Shown here piece by piece: positions 40,634 to 50,117 of a stretch of DNA of 64,000 bases. Every line of letters starts with the position of its first letter. Positions within the stretch are counted from its first letter, which is position 1. This stretch comes from an uncultured Commensalibacter sp. (GTDB taxonomy: Bacteria > Pseudomonadota > Alphaproteobacteria > Acetobacterales > Acetobacteraceae), in the NCBI GenBank assembly GCA_946699565.1, contig CAMPDW010000005.1, positions 20,978 through 84,977 of the forward strand. The letters are read 5' to 3'. The notes under the pieces are model-generated. The model had not been told where the DNA came from. It saw only the letters and a program-made list of their open reading frames with translations, and ran no database searches. The translations under genes and the position numbers were made by a program.

Positions 40634-42304
40634 ATGAATAATTCTTCAAATAAAGCATCATCCATAACACAACAAGACAATAAATTTACCTATTATCCTA
40701 TTGCCTTAAGTGTTATCTCAATCGTTTTCTTCATGTGGGGTTTTTTAACCTGTCTCAATAATATTTTAATCCCACATCTCAAAACGGTCTTTAATCTTAA
40801 TTACACACAAGCGATGTTAGTGCAATTCACATTTTTTGGAGCATATTTCCTTATGTCCGTTCCAGGTGGAAAAGCTGTTTCAAAACTTGGTTATAAGAAA
40901 GGAATTATCACTGGATTAATCATTGCAGCAATTGGAACATTTTTATTTTGGCCAGCGGCTTCAATTGCAAATTATTACTTTTTCCTCCTTGCTTTATTTA
41001 TTCTAGCTACTGGAATTACGATTCTGCAAGTATCTGCCAATCCTTATGTCACACTTTTAGGTCCTCAAAAAACAAGCTCAAGCCGTCTTAATATGGCACA
41101 AGCTTTAAATGCCTTAGGAACAACAGTTGCTCCCTATCTTGGCAGTATTTTAATTCTTGCTGGTGCCTCTTATACAATCCCTAATACTGTTGCTTCGGAT
41201 TCACAAACAACCCAATTAATATATACCTTAAATAATAAAAATACTCATGATATAGAGCTATCTTTTGAACATAGTAAGAATGAAAACATTGCGTATGCGC
41301 TTAAAAATGTTCCACCTTATGTTTATGAAAAATTGCCAGATTCTTTCGTTGCGCAACAGTTAACTAAATTCTCTCCAGAGTTAATTGGAACAACTTTGAA
41401 AGATATCCCTGCCGAAAAAAAACTCAATATTTTAAGTCAGTTTACCTCTGAGCAAATTGATCAACTTCCTATCAATGCCTTAGTTGAATCCCTTGAAAGT
41501 TTTACAACTTTAAAACTGCAACCAAGTAATCAAAAACATCTTACACAACTTAAAAACCGCATTTCTGATGCAACCAACCAGAAAATTGATACTTATCGTA
41601 AGAATCAAGCAAAATCTGTTCAATTCCCCTATGCTATTCTTGGGATAATATTAATTTTATTGGCTGGATTTGTTGCGATATTTAAATTACCTACAAGCAA
41701 AGACGATAATCAAAATCAGCAACATTATAAACTTTCAGATGTTTTTAAATATCATCATGCATTACTAGGTGCCATTGGTATTTTCTGTTATGTTGGTGCT
41801 GAAGTCTCCTTGGGAAGCTTCATGATTAATTATTTAACTCTTCCAGAAATCGGCAGAATGTCAGAGCAGCAAGCTGCACAATATGTTACTTTATTCTGGG
41901 GCGGAACAATGATTGGTCGTATTATCGGCTCAGCAATTATGGTTAAAATTTCACCAAGCAAACTTTTAACATTATGTGCTTTCATTAATCTTTTACTCTT
42001 ATCTACATCAATGTTTAGCACAGGTGATATTGCTGTTTATTCCATTGTAGCCATTGGATTATTTAATTCGATTATGTTCCCAACCATTTTCTCACTCGGT
42101 ATTGCAGAACTCGGTCCTTTAACAGAACAAGCTTCAAGTCTTTTAGTAATGGCAATTGTCGGGGGTGCTGTTGTTCCATTTATTCAAGGAATGTTAAGCG
42201 ATTCTATTGGAATACAACATGCCTTCTTCTTAACTTTAATATGTTATGCCTTTATCCTATTCTACGGTGCTAAAGGATCAAAACCAAAACCTGTGCAATC
42301 ATAA
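40634..42304 (+). CDS. MFS sugar:H+ symporter of the FucP/GluP family with an expanded central loop
   Basis: 556 aa. N-terminal FFMWGFLTCLNNILIPHLK and ILQVSANPYV are FucP-family motifs. 12 TM helices, split by a hydrophilic loop of about 150 aa (aa 181-330). Confidence 0.85.
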   Translation: MNNSSNKASSITQQDNKFTYYPIALSVISIVFFMWGFLTCLNNILIPHLKTVFNLNYTQAMLVQFTFFGAYFLMSVPGGKAVSKLGYKKGIITGLIIAAIGTFLFWPAASIANYYFFLLALFILATGITILQVSANPYVTLLGPQKTSSSRLNMAQALNALGTTVAPYLGSILILAGASYTIPNTVASDSQTTQLIYTLNNKNTHDIELSFEHSKNENIAYALKNVPPYVYEKLPDSFVAQQLTKFSPELIGTTLKDIPAEKKLNILSQFTSEQIDQLPINALVESLESFTTLKLQPSNQKHLTQLKNRISDATNQKIDTYRKNQAKSVQFPYAILGIILILLAGFVAIFKLPTSKDDNQNQQHYKLSDVFKYHHALLGAIGIFCYVGAEVSLGSFMINYLTLPEIGRMSEQQAAQYVTLFWGGTMIGRIIGSAIMVKISPSKLLTLCAFINLLLLSTSMFSTGDIAVYSIVAIGLFNSIMFPTIFSLGIAELGPLTEQASSLLVMAIVGGAVVPFIQGMLSDSIGIQHAFFLTLICYAFILFYGAKGSKPKPVQS

Positions 42305-42453
42305 ACTATAAATAAAACTTTTTAATGAAGAACCTAGAATTCGTAAAATAAAACAATATGTTTTTAAAATATTTCATTGCTTTATTTAACTAAATTCTAG
42401 GTTTATTAAATTATTTATTATAGCAATTATTCAATTTATTTTTAATTATATAT

Positions 42454-42981
42454 TCAATTGATTCCAGAATGCGTGACATAACTTGCGAACGTTAACATAT
42501 GATTACCATGGCGTATAAATTCTTCTTCCACAACCATACCAATACTGCCTAAAATACGTCTGGATGCAATATTTCGTTTTTTAGTTACAGCAATTATCCG
42601 TTTATAACCGCGTTCATGCGCAGTTGATAAAACAGCATAAGCAGCTTCACGCGCATATCCCTTACCTTGAGCCCATTCCCATAAAGCAAATCTTAACGCG
42701 TGTCCTCTTCCATCATCTCGAAAATGAATTCCCGTTATTCCAAGAAATTGACCCGCTTTATTCTGAATACGCTCTCGAACAACATAAATACCTATACGAT
42801 GAGAACCCCAATAAAGAATATCTTCAGCCATTTCCTTTTGCACTTGCCAAGAGGTTCGAACACCACCCAACATACTGCTAAAAGTTAAAACATCCATTTT
42901 TAGAGATAGGATATCAGGCATATCCCGCCAGCTGACAGGTGATAATATTAACCGAGAAGTTCGTAAATCTAACCAGCTCAC
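42454..42981 (-). CDS. GNAT family N-acetyltransferase (RimJ/RimL-like)
   Basis: 175 aa. TSRLILSPVSWRD N-terminus. Acetyl-CoA motif region WAQGKGYAREAAYAVL. Confidence 0.8.
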   Translation of the reverse strand: MSWLDLRTSRLILSPVSWRDMPDILSLKMDVLTFSSMLGGVRTSWQVQKEMAEDILYWGSHRIGIYVVRERIQNKAGQFLGITGIHFRDDGRGHALRFALWEWAQGKGYAREAAYAVLSTAHERGYKRIIAVTKKRNIASRRILGSIGMVVEEEFIRHGNHMLTFASYVTHSGIN

Positions 42982-43060
42982 ATCTATTAAAACTTATATA
43001 AAAAGCTCAATATGAGGTAAATCATATGGGCTTTTATCATTTAAATCAATAAAAGAAATA

Positions 43061-44740
43061 TTATCGAGAAATTGGGCGGTATTTAATACGACTTGGTTCC
43101 GTAGCATCAGGCCCTAAACGACGACGTTTATCCTTTTCATAAGCTTCAAAATTACCTTCAAACCATTCGACACGGCTATCCCCTTCGAACGCAAGAATAT
43201 GAGTGGCAAGACGATCCAAGAACCAACGATCATGACTAATTACTACAGCACAACCTGGAAATTCCTCTAAAGCTTCTTCAAGTACGCGTAATGTATCCAG
43301 ATCAAGATCATTGGTTGGCTCATCCAGCAGGATCACGTTGCTTTCCTGTTTTAACATTTTAGCAAGATGCACGCGATTTCGTTCACCACCAGATAATACA
43401 CCAACCTTCTTTTGTTGATCAGAACCTTTAAAATTGAACGTTCCAACATAAGCACGGGAAGGAATAGCGCGTTTACCAAGATGAAGCACATCCGTTCCGC
43501 CAGAAATCTCCTCCCATACGGTTTTATTAGGATCCAATTCATGACGAGATTGATCAACATACCCCAATTTTACAGTATCACCAATACGGACTTCCCCTTC
43601 ATCAGGTTTAACGGCTCCAATGATCATCTTGAATAATGTAGATTTACCCGCACCATTTGGACCTATTACCCCAACAATTCCTCCAGGAGGTAATTTAAAG
43701 TTCAATTTATCAATTAATAACCGACCATCAAATCCTTTTCTCAAATTTTCCGCTTCAATAACAACATTACCTAAACGTGGACCAGGAGCAATATATATAT
43801 CTGCAACACCAGTTGCCTTTTCCTGACTTTGAGACAGCATTTCTTCATATTTGGCAATACGTGCCTGACTTTTAGCCTGACGTGCCTTTGGTGAAGAATT
43901 AATCCATTGCTGCTCTGCAGCTAGGGCCCGTTGACGTGTACTTTCTTCTTTTTCTTCTTGAACCAGACGTTTACGTTTTTGCTCTAACCATGAAGAATAA
44001 TTGCCTTCAAAAGGATAACCCCGCCCACGTTCAATTTCCAAAATCCAATTAGTTACATTATCTAAGAAATAACGGTCATGAGTGATAAGAATAACGGTTC
44101 CAGCATATTCCCGTAATGTTTGTTCCAACCAAGCTACACTTTCAGCATCCAAATGATTTGTTGGCTCATCCAATAAAAGAATATCTGGTTTTTCAAGCAA
44201 CAAACGGCATAAAGCAACACGACGTCGTTCCCCTCCTGATAATTTATTAACCTTTGTATCAGCTGAAGGACAACGCAGAGCATCAAGTGCAATTTCAATC
44301 TGACGATCAAGTTCCCAACCATTACCGGCATCTATTTTTTCTTGTAAATCAGCCTGTTCAACCAGTAAAGCATTCATGGTATTATCATCCATCGGTTCGG
44401 CAAATTTCATTGAAATTTCATTAAAACGATCAACAGCTCTTTTTAAAAGACCAAAACCTTCAGCAACATTTTCCCCAACTGTTTTTGTTTCATCCAATTG
44501 TGGTTCTTGTTCTAAATATCCAACCTTGATTCCATCAGCTGCCCAAGCTTCCCCACCAAATTCCTTATCCTTACCAGCCATAATGCGTAATAAAGTAGAT
44601 TTACCGGCACCATTAACCCCAAGAACACCAATTTTTACCCCTAGGAAAAAAGATAAAGTAATACCTTTAAATACTTCACGACCACCGGGATAAGCCTTTG
44701 TCAAATCTTTCATTACATATACATATTGAGGCCCAGCCAT
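43061..44740 (-). CDS. ettA: Energy-dependent translational throttle protein (ABC-F)
   Basis: 559 aa. [23 protein letters not shown]-terminus. Two ABC cassettes (GVNGAGKST and GPNGAGKST; LSGGERRR and LSGGERNR). EttA length and arm/linker. Confidence 0.93.
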   Translation of the reverse strand: MAGPQYVYVMKDLTKAYPGGREVFKGITLSFFLGVKIGVLGVNGAGKSTLLRIMAGKDKEFGGEAWAADGIKVGYLEQEPQLDETKTVGENVAEGFGLLKRAVDRFNEISMKFAEPMDDNTMNALLVEQADLQEKIDAGNGWELDRQIEIALDALRCPSADTKVNKLSGGERRRVALCRLLLEKPDILLLDEPTNHLDAESVAWLEQTLREYAGTVILITHDRYFLDNVTNWILEIERGRGYPFEGNYSSWLEQKRKRLVQEEKEESTRQRALAAEQQWINSSPKARQAKSQARIAKYEEMLSQSQEKATGVADIYIAPGPRLGNVVIEAENLRKGFDGRLLIDKLNFKLPPGGIVGVIGPNGAGKSTLFKMIIGAVKPDEGEVRIGDTVKLGYVDQSRHELDPNKTVWEEISGGTDVLHLGKRAIPSRAYVGTFNFKGSDQQKKVGVLSGGERNRVHLAKMLKQESNVILLDEPTNDLDLDTLRVLEEALEEFPGCAVVISHDRWFLDRLATHILAFEGDSRVEWFEGNFEAYEKDKRRRLGPDATEPSRIKYRPISR

Positions 44741-44846
44741 CGTTGAATAGCTCCTTATATAATCTATTTTAATTCTTAAATGTTAGGGGGGAAAACCTGC
44801 GACAAATATCCTTATTTTTCGCCATCATGCCAAATAATAAAGCATC

Positions 44847-44920
44847 TGCGCCTGGCAGGACTCGAACCTGCAACCAGGCCGTTATGAGCGGTCGGCTCTA
44901 ACCAATTGAGCTACAGGCGC
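44847..44920 (-). tRNA. tRNA with CAU anticodon (elongator Met, or Ile2 if lysidinylated); CCA not encoded
   Basis: Reverse complement is GCGCCTGTAGCTCAATTGGTTAGAGCCGACCGCTCATAACGGCCTGGTTGCAGGTTCGAGTCCTGCCAGGCGCA. Anticodon loop CTCATAA, T-loop TTCGAGT. Not initiator-like, because the first acceptor pair is a normal G-C. Confidence 0.9.
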
Positions 44921-45259
44921 ATTGACGAAACCTTTATTTGCCGCAAAAATAATATTTTTGCAAGTATTTTCTTTAATACTCTATGAAAATTCTCCAATTA
45001 TTGCCCATGATAATAATTTCAATTTATCTTTAGTCTTAATTATTAACTTAAATATTCTAGGCATTTTATTTTTATTGATACAAGAATTAACTATAATTAA
45101 TAAGCCTTTAATTAAAATACTTCATAAATAATCTAAAAAATTTATCATAATTTATAAATAAACTATAATTTTCAATTAAACATTACCCATTATCAATATA
45201 TTGTAAAACTAATGATAATTCGATAATATTTTCGTTTTAAATTATAATGGAAAATAGTT

Positions 45260-45784
45260 ATGAATCTTTCTAAGATTACATCAGGCAAAGATGTGCCCAA
45301 CGATATTAATGTTATTATTGAAATTCCCAAAGGTTCAAAAGTAAAGTACGAAGTCGATAAAGATAGCGGCGCTATTTTTATTGATCGTGTTGTATTTACG
45401 CCTATGGCCTATCCAGCTGCCTATGGATTTGTTCCCAATACATTGGCTGCTGATGGTGATCCCATTGATATACTCGTTTTGATTCCTGAAACGGTTGTTC
45501 CAGGTTGTATTATCCGTGCACGTCCAATTGGCGTCTTAAAAATGGAAGATGAATCTGGCATGGATGAAAAAATAATCTGTGTTCCACATGATAAAATCCA
45601 TCCTCTATACTCAAGAATTCAAGAAGTATTCGATCTTCCAGAAATTACACGCCAAGAAATCGAACATTTCTTTACCCATTATAAAGATCTAGAAAAAGGT
45701 AAATGGGTTAAAATTCAAGGCTGGGATAACAAAGCGAAAGCTTGTGAATTAATTGAAACAGCGATTAAAAATTATAAAAAATAA
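45260..45784 (+). CDS. ppa: Inorganic pyrophosphatase (family I)
   Basis: 174 aa. IIEIPKGSKVKYEVDK, YGFVPNTLAADGDPIDILV, EDESGMDEKII. Confidence 0.95.
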   Translation: MNLSKITSGKDVPNDINVIIEIPKGSKVKYEVDKDSGAIFIDRVVFTPMAYPAAYGFVPNTLAADGDPIDILVLIPETVVPGCIIRARPIGVLKMEDESGMDEKIICVPHDKIHPLYSRIQEVFDLPEITRQEIEHFFTHYKDLEKGKWVKIQGWDNKAKACELIETAIKNYKK

Positions 45785-45791
45785 ATTAAAA

Positions 45792-45812
45792 AAAGGAGCT
45801 TTTTGCTCCTTT
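45792..45812. terminator. Hairpin between convergent ppa and the ABC ATPase gene
   Basis: AAAGGAGC (45792-45799), loop TTTTT, GCTCCTTT (45805-45812). A-run upstream, T-rich downstream. Confidence 0.55.
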
Positions 45813-45876
45813 TCTATAAAATTTTTACCCAATAAATTATAAATCCTTGATATTATTTTTAATTACGCTTTTACCA

Positions 45877-46638
45877 CTACCAATCCGATTGATGACCCAA
45901 AAGATGAAAAATATCCTTGCGGATTTTAATAAGTTCTTCCGAATCCCTATGCCTTGGATAACTCATATTAAGTCGAAATTCACCTATAATATGAGCTGGA
46001 CGTTGTCGCATGACAATAATACGAGTGGCCAATAACAAGGCTTCTTCAATATCGTGAGTTACCATAATTCCAGTAAATTGACGTTTCCGCCATAAATGAA
46101 CCAGTTCTTTTTGCATCGTAATGCGGGTCAAGCTGTCCAATTTTCCCAAGGGTTCATCTAGAATTAAAATACTTGGATCATTTACTAATGCACGTGCTAA
46201 AGCTACCCTTTGCGCCATTCCTCCTGATAATTGATGTGGATAAGCACTTTTAAAATTTTCCAATCCGATAAGTTCAAGCATTGATTGAACGGCTTGATCA
46301 TTTTTTTCCTTACGGATTTTATACCCTAAATTAACATTATCCCAAACCGTTAACCATGGATATAAAGTTGGATCTTGAAAAACAACTACTCTGGACGGAT
46401 CCGCCTTCGTAATTTCATGGCCATTTACTTGAATTGATCCGTTAGACGGTTGTTCAAGACCTGCAATCATTCGTAACAATGTTGACTTACCGCATCCTGA
46501 TGGTCCCAATATAATTACAAATTCTTGTGATTTAATGATTAGATTAATATTATCTAGAACTAGCAATTCATTATTATTTAAGTTATAATTATGGCTCAAA
46601 TGATTAATTTCAATTTTTTGTTTTTTGACCATACGCAC
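45877..46638 (-). CDS. ABC transporter ATP-binding protein (nitrate/sulfonate/taurine NitT family)
   Basis: 253 aa. Walker A GPSGCGKST, signature LSGGMAQRVALARA, Walker B ILILDEP. Confidence 0.9.
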   Translation of the reverse strand: MRMVKKQKIEINHLSHNYNLNNNELLVLDNINLIIKSQEFVIILGPSGCGKSTLLRMIAGLEQPSNGSIQVNGHEITKADPSRVVVFQDPTLYPWLTVWDNVNLGYKIRKEKNDQAVQSMLELIGLENFKSAYPHQLSGGMAQRVALARALVNDPSILILDEPLGKLDSLTRITMQKELVHLWRKRQFTGIMVTHDIEEALLLATRIIVMRQRPAHIIGEFRLNMSYPRHRDSEELIKIRKDIFHLLGHQSDW

Positions 46639-47574
46639 TTACCATTTGATGTTTTCTTTTTGCCAACGCAATAAATTATTTCTTACTTTGAACAGTAAGG
46701 TCATAAAACTTGTACACATTACAGCCATAATGATTAATGCCGCATACATATTTGGATAAGCTGCCCATCCTTGTGCCCACTGCATATAAAAACCAAGTCC
46801 AGCCTTTACCCCCAACATTTCAGCTACAACGAGCATATAAAAACAAGAACCCAAGGCCATAAACATTCCAACAAAAACAAAAGGTAAAGCTGCAGGAATA
46901 GCAACATGACGAATTAAAAAGAATGATTTTGCACCCATTGTACGCGCAACATCATAATAATTTGGATTAACCCCGGCAATTCCTGACCATGTTAATACTG
47001 CAACTGGAAATGCTGCAGCAAAAGCCATTAACAATTCCCCAGCTAACCAGCTAGAAGGTATAACAGCAAAAAGTAAGGGTAAGAACGCCACAGGAGGTAA
47101 TGGCCCAAAAAACCTTAATATAGGATGGGCCCAATACCCAAAATGTAATGACCATCCCATTCCTATACCAATTGAAAAGCCGATAAAACAACCAAGTATA
47201 TATCCACCTAACAATAACGTTAAGGAATGTAAAAGGGAATCTAATAGGCGATACCAATCTGTTATGAAAACATCTAGTAATTCTTGTGGTGCCCCAAAAA
47301 AAGGCCGTGGAAGCATGACAAATTTCGCTTGGATAAGTTCCCATCCACCCGCAAATAAAGCCAATGCAAGTAACCATGAACCATAATATCGAACTTTATT
47401 CGATGACAAGGTTAATGCACAAAAAATTGCTATACTAAAGCACAGATAAGCAAATTCAGTCGTTCGTGGAAAATCGTCTGCATTTTTAAAAAAATAAGTA
47501 AGACAGGCAGTTCCCAACCACATAATAAAAGCAACCACTTGCGGCCAATAAGCTATTTTCACTTTTGGATTCAT
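46639..47574 (-). CDS. ABC transporter permease (SsuC/TauC-like)
   Basis: 311 aa polytopic. Its stop abuts the ATPase start (46638/46639). EAA-like loop region DVARTMGAKSFFLIRHVAIPAALP. Confidence 0.88.
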   Translation of the reverse strand: MNPKVKIAYWPQVVAFIMWLGTACLTYFFKNADDFPRTTEFAYLCFSIAIFCALTLSSNKVRYYGSWLLALALFAGGWELIQAKFVMLPRPFFGAPQELLDVFITDWYRLLDSLLHSLTLLLGGYILGCFIGFSIGIGMGWSLHFGYWAHPILRFFGPLPPVAFLPLLFAVIPSSWLAGELLMAFAAAFPVAVLTWSGIAGVNPNYYDVARTMGAKSFFLIRHVAIPAALPFVFVGMFMALGSCFYMLVVAEMLGVKAGLGFYMQWAQGWAAYPNMYAALIIMAVMCTSFMTLLFKVRNNLLRWQKENIKW

Positions 47575-48638
47575 AAAGCAAAAATATCCTCTGTTACTTT
47601 ATTGGCATAAGCATTAACATCCATGGAAAGTGGAAATACATTAATCTGCTTCAATTGCTGAGCATAAAAAATTACATTTTTTTTAAGTATATTACCAACA
47701 ACTTGTTGATGAATTCCTTCCGTTTCAAGAATATCAGCTAACTGTTTAACAGTTGCTTTTGGTGCATAAGGTTTGAATATTTCTACCGCTTCTTGTTTAT
47801 TATAATAAATCCATTGGCCTGCTTCTAAAATGGCCTGTGTAAGGGCTTTACCCACCATTGGATCTTTACGCAATAATGAACCTCTCAAACCAATTACACA
47901 ACATGCAATTTTGGCCCAATCACCTGACATATTCGAATCAATAGAAACTAGATGATGTTCTTGTTGAAATAAATAAGCCAACGGATCATCCAACCCCGCT
48001 GCTTGAATCGCCTGACGTTTCAATGCCAACGGTAAAATATCAGAAGGAAATTGTCGCCAATTGACATCTTTTTCAGGATCAATACCAATTTCCTTGAAAC
48101 GCATACTGAAAAAGTTTTTAGCAGGACCGCCAATATCCCCCACACCAATGGTTTTACCTTTTAAATCAGTTAGATGTTTTATAGAACCTTTATCAGAAGT
48201 CAATAAATGTAAACAACCTGAATGTAACCCTGCAACAAGTTTAACATCAAAACCCTGTTGTAAAGGTTTTAACCACCGCAAGGCCATACCCGAAGCACCA
48301 TCTGCTTTACCTGTTGACATGGTTTCCAGCATTTGATCAACTGATCCAGCGAAATCAATAAAATTAACATCTAGATTATGTTTACTGAAAAAACCTTTTG
48401 ATTGAGCCACGGGAAAAGCCACTGTACATATCGAATCCGCGCTCCAAGCCAATGCAATCTTTCGAGGTGTACCTTCCAACTTAATATTTAAACCCAAATC
48501 GGGAAATAAGATATTTTTTTCCTGATTTTCATCTACTGCAAATGAATTACGTCCAAATTGATTTGCAACTAGCGTCATTCCAGACGCCATTAATAATAAA
48601 CGTGAAAATTTCCGACGACTGAATTGATTAGATTCCAT
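47571..48638 (-). CDS. ABC substrate-binding protein (NMT1/THI5-SsuA-like) with twin-arginine signal
   Basis: 355 aa. N-terminus SRRKFSRLLLMASGMTLVA is a Tat-type motif. Overlaps the permease start by 4 nt. Confidence 0.85.
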   Translation of the reverse strand: MESNQFSRRKFSRLLLMASGMTLVANQFGRNSFAVDENQEKNILFPDLGLNIKLEGTPRKIALAWSADSICTVAFPVAQSKGFFSKHNLDVNFIDFAGSVDQMLETMSTGKADGASGMALRWLKPLQQGFDVKLVAGLHSGCLHLLTSDKGSIKHLTDLKGKTIGVGDIGGPAKNFFSMRFKEIGIDPEKDVNWRQFPSDILPLALKRQAIQAAGLDDPLAYLFQQEHHLVSIDSNMSGDWAKIACCVIGLRGSLLRKDPMVGKALTQAILEAGQWIYYNKQEAVEIFKPYAPKATVKQLADILETEGIHQQVVGNILKKNVIFYAQQLKQINVFPLSMDVNAYANKVTEDIFAL

Positions 48639-48785
48639 AAGGTTTTTCCATATCTATAATCAAAGAATTAATTAACACTAATCTATGTATATTATATTAA
48701 TAATACAATTTTAACATATATTTTTATAAAAAATTAATTATATACTATATGAATTTGTATATTAATTTCTGATTATATAAGCTTA

Positions 48786-50057
48786 TCAATCTTCAATAAC
48801 ATCTACCGGTGATTTTCCTAAAAATAAAGGAGGATTATGTCCCATAATAAGATCATTAATTAAATTGTTATAATTTATTAAATATTCACTCATTGATAAA
48901 GAATGTTCAGCCTCTTTACGAACGTAATATTTAATTTTACTTGACAAATATTCATTCTCAAGAACTTCCAAGACATTATCAGCAAGTATATTTTGATCAA
49001 AGAATGGGGTTAGAATTCCAGTTTTTTTATGAACAATAAATTCTTTTACAGGTTCGGTATCACTTGCGATTATTGAACATCCAGAAGCCATTGCTTCTCG
49101 TAAAGACCATGATAAAACAAAAGGATATGTCATATAAATATGAGCATCTGACCGTTTCAATAAATCGCAAAATATTGTATAAGGAACAACACCAGCAAAA
49201 TATATTCTTGAAAAATCCAACTCATTACTCAACTGTTGAAGAAAATAATTTTTCCAAGTTACATTTCCCGGCAACTGAGCCCCATAACTTACCTGATCTG
49301 CACCCACAATCACAATTTTAGCATCTGGACGTTCTTTTAAAATTTTAGGAAGCGCGCGCATTACAATATGGAACCCCCGATAAGGTTCCAATCCGCGTGC
49401 TATATACGTAACCAGTTTTTCCATAGGTTTAATAACGAAATTATCAATTTGCACATCTTTTTTATGAATCTCTTCATCTGGACAACATAGATTTAAATCA
49501 ACTCCTTCTCGTAAAACACTTATTTTTTTTCTTGCCCATTCAGGATAGGTCTTCCACTGAAATAACGTTGGAGACTGTCCCCAACCAGGATTATTAGCAG
49601 AAATTAAATTAATTGTATTTTTAATTCTTACACGCGAAGACAATAATTCATCGCTAGTAAATTCAGGATCGAAATTAACATCCAATCCATTTGAATGATA
49701 AAAAAATTCACAATATTTTAAAGTTGGAACATCAGGATAAATATCCTGAAGATTAAGCATTTCTCCCCAACCTTGATGACCAATAATAATATCTGGTTTA
49801 AATCCTAATTGTTTTAATTTTTGAATAGCATGAAAAGCAGCTTCACCACGTTTAACAGCTTGATAAAGCTCATTCAATGAAGAATGGGATTCGTTAATTG
49901 GAGGTATTTTATTATAAAATAAATTACGAACACCATCTATTGATCGTTTTGTAGGTTGACTTACAAATACAATCTCATTATCAGGCTGCTTAGCTAAATT
50001 TTTTACAATATGCAAAAACTGCCCGGGAAAATTTTGATGAATAAATAAATATTTCAC
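48786..50057 (-). CDS. Glycosyltransferase family 4 (GT-B fold)
   Basis: 423 aa, GTG start. N-terminus MKYLFIHQNFPGQFLHI. C-terminal donor-binding region PFVLSWSLREAMASGCSIIASDTEPVKEFI. Confidence 0.8.
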   Translation of the reverse strand: MKYLFIHQNFPGQFLHIVKNLAKQPDNEIVFVSQPTKRSIDGVRNLFYNKIPPINESHSSLNELYQAVKRGEAAFHAIQKLKQLGFKPDIIIGHQGWGEMLNLQDIYPDVPTLKYCEFFYHSNGLDVNFDPEFTSDELLSSRVRIKNTINLISANNPGWGQSPTLFQWKTYPEWARKKISVLREGVDLNLCCPDEEIHKKDVQIDNFVIKPMEKLVTYIARGLEPYRGFHIVMRALPKILKERPDAKIVIVGADQVSYGAQLPGNVTWKNYFLQQLSNELDFSRIYFAGVVPYTIFCDLLKRSDAHIYMTYPFVLSWSLREAMASGCSIIASDTEPVKEFIVHKKTGILTPFFDQNILADNVLEVLENEYLSSKIKYYVRKEAEHSLSMSEYLINYNNLINDLIMGHNPPLFLGKSPVDVIED

Positions 50058-50117
50058 AACTTTAAACGGTCTTAAAAATTATTTTATTTCATAATATTTT
50101 TATAGTTCATCAAACCC

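Noticed and set aside
42331-42403. An 11-bp inverted repeat (AACCTAGAATT / AATTCTAGGTT) separated by 51 nt, between the convergent MFS and GNAT genes.
   Set aside because: The loop is too long for a simple intrinsic terminator. It occurs only once in the window, so it is not a recognisable REP/MITE family.
43351-44693. Several 65-105 aa ORFs in the track overlapping ettA on both strands (43351-43560, 43412-43636, 43620-43826, 44134-44331, 44376-44693).
   Set aside because: They lie wholly inside a strongly supported conserved gene and have no motifs. Their composition is typical of alternative-frame or antisense shadows. The same reasoning applies to the other embedded ORFs, including 328-546, 1576-1758, 2308-2499, 7008-7205, 14325-15234, 17545-17850, 19229-19423, 24714-24908, 26232-26417, 28562-28852, 29433-29739, 30705-31490, 36336-36557, 41830-42021, 42624-42888, 47051-47377, 48061-48336, 49064-49321, 50438-50716, 53429-53635, 56929-57168, 57586-57795, 57942-60317 and 61494-63396.
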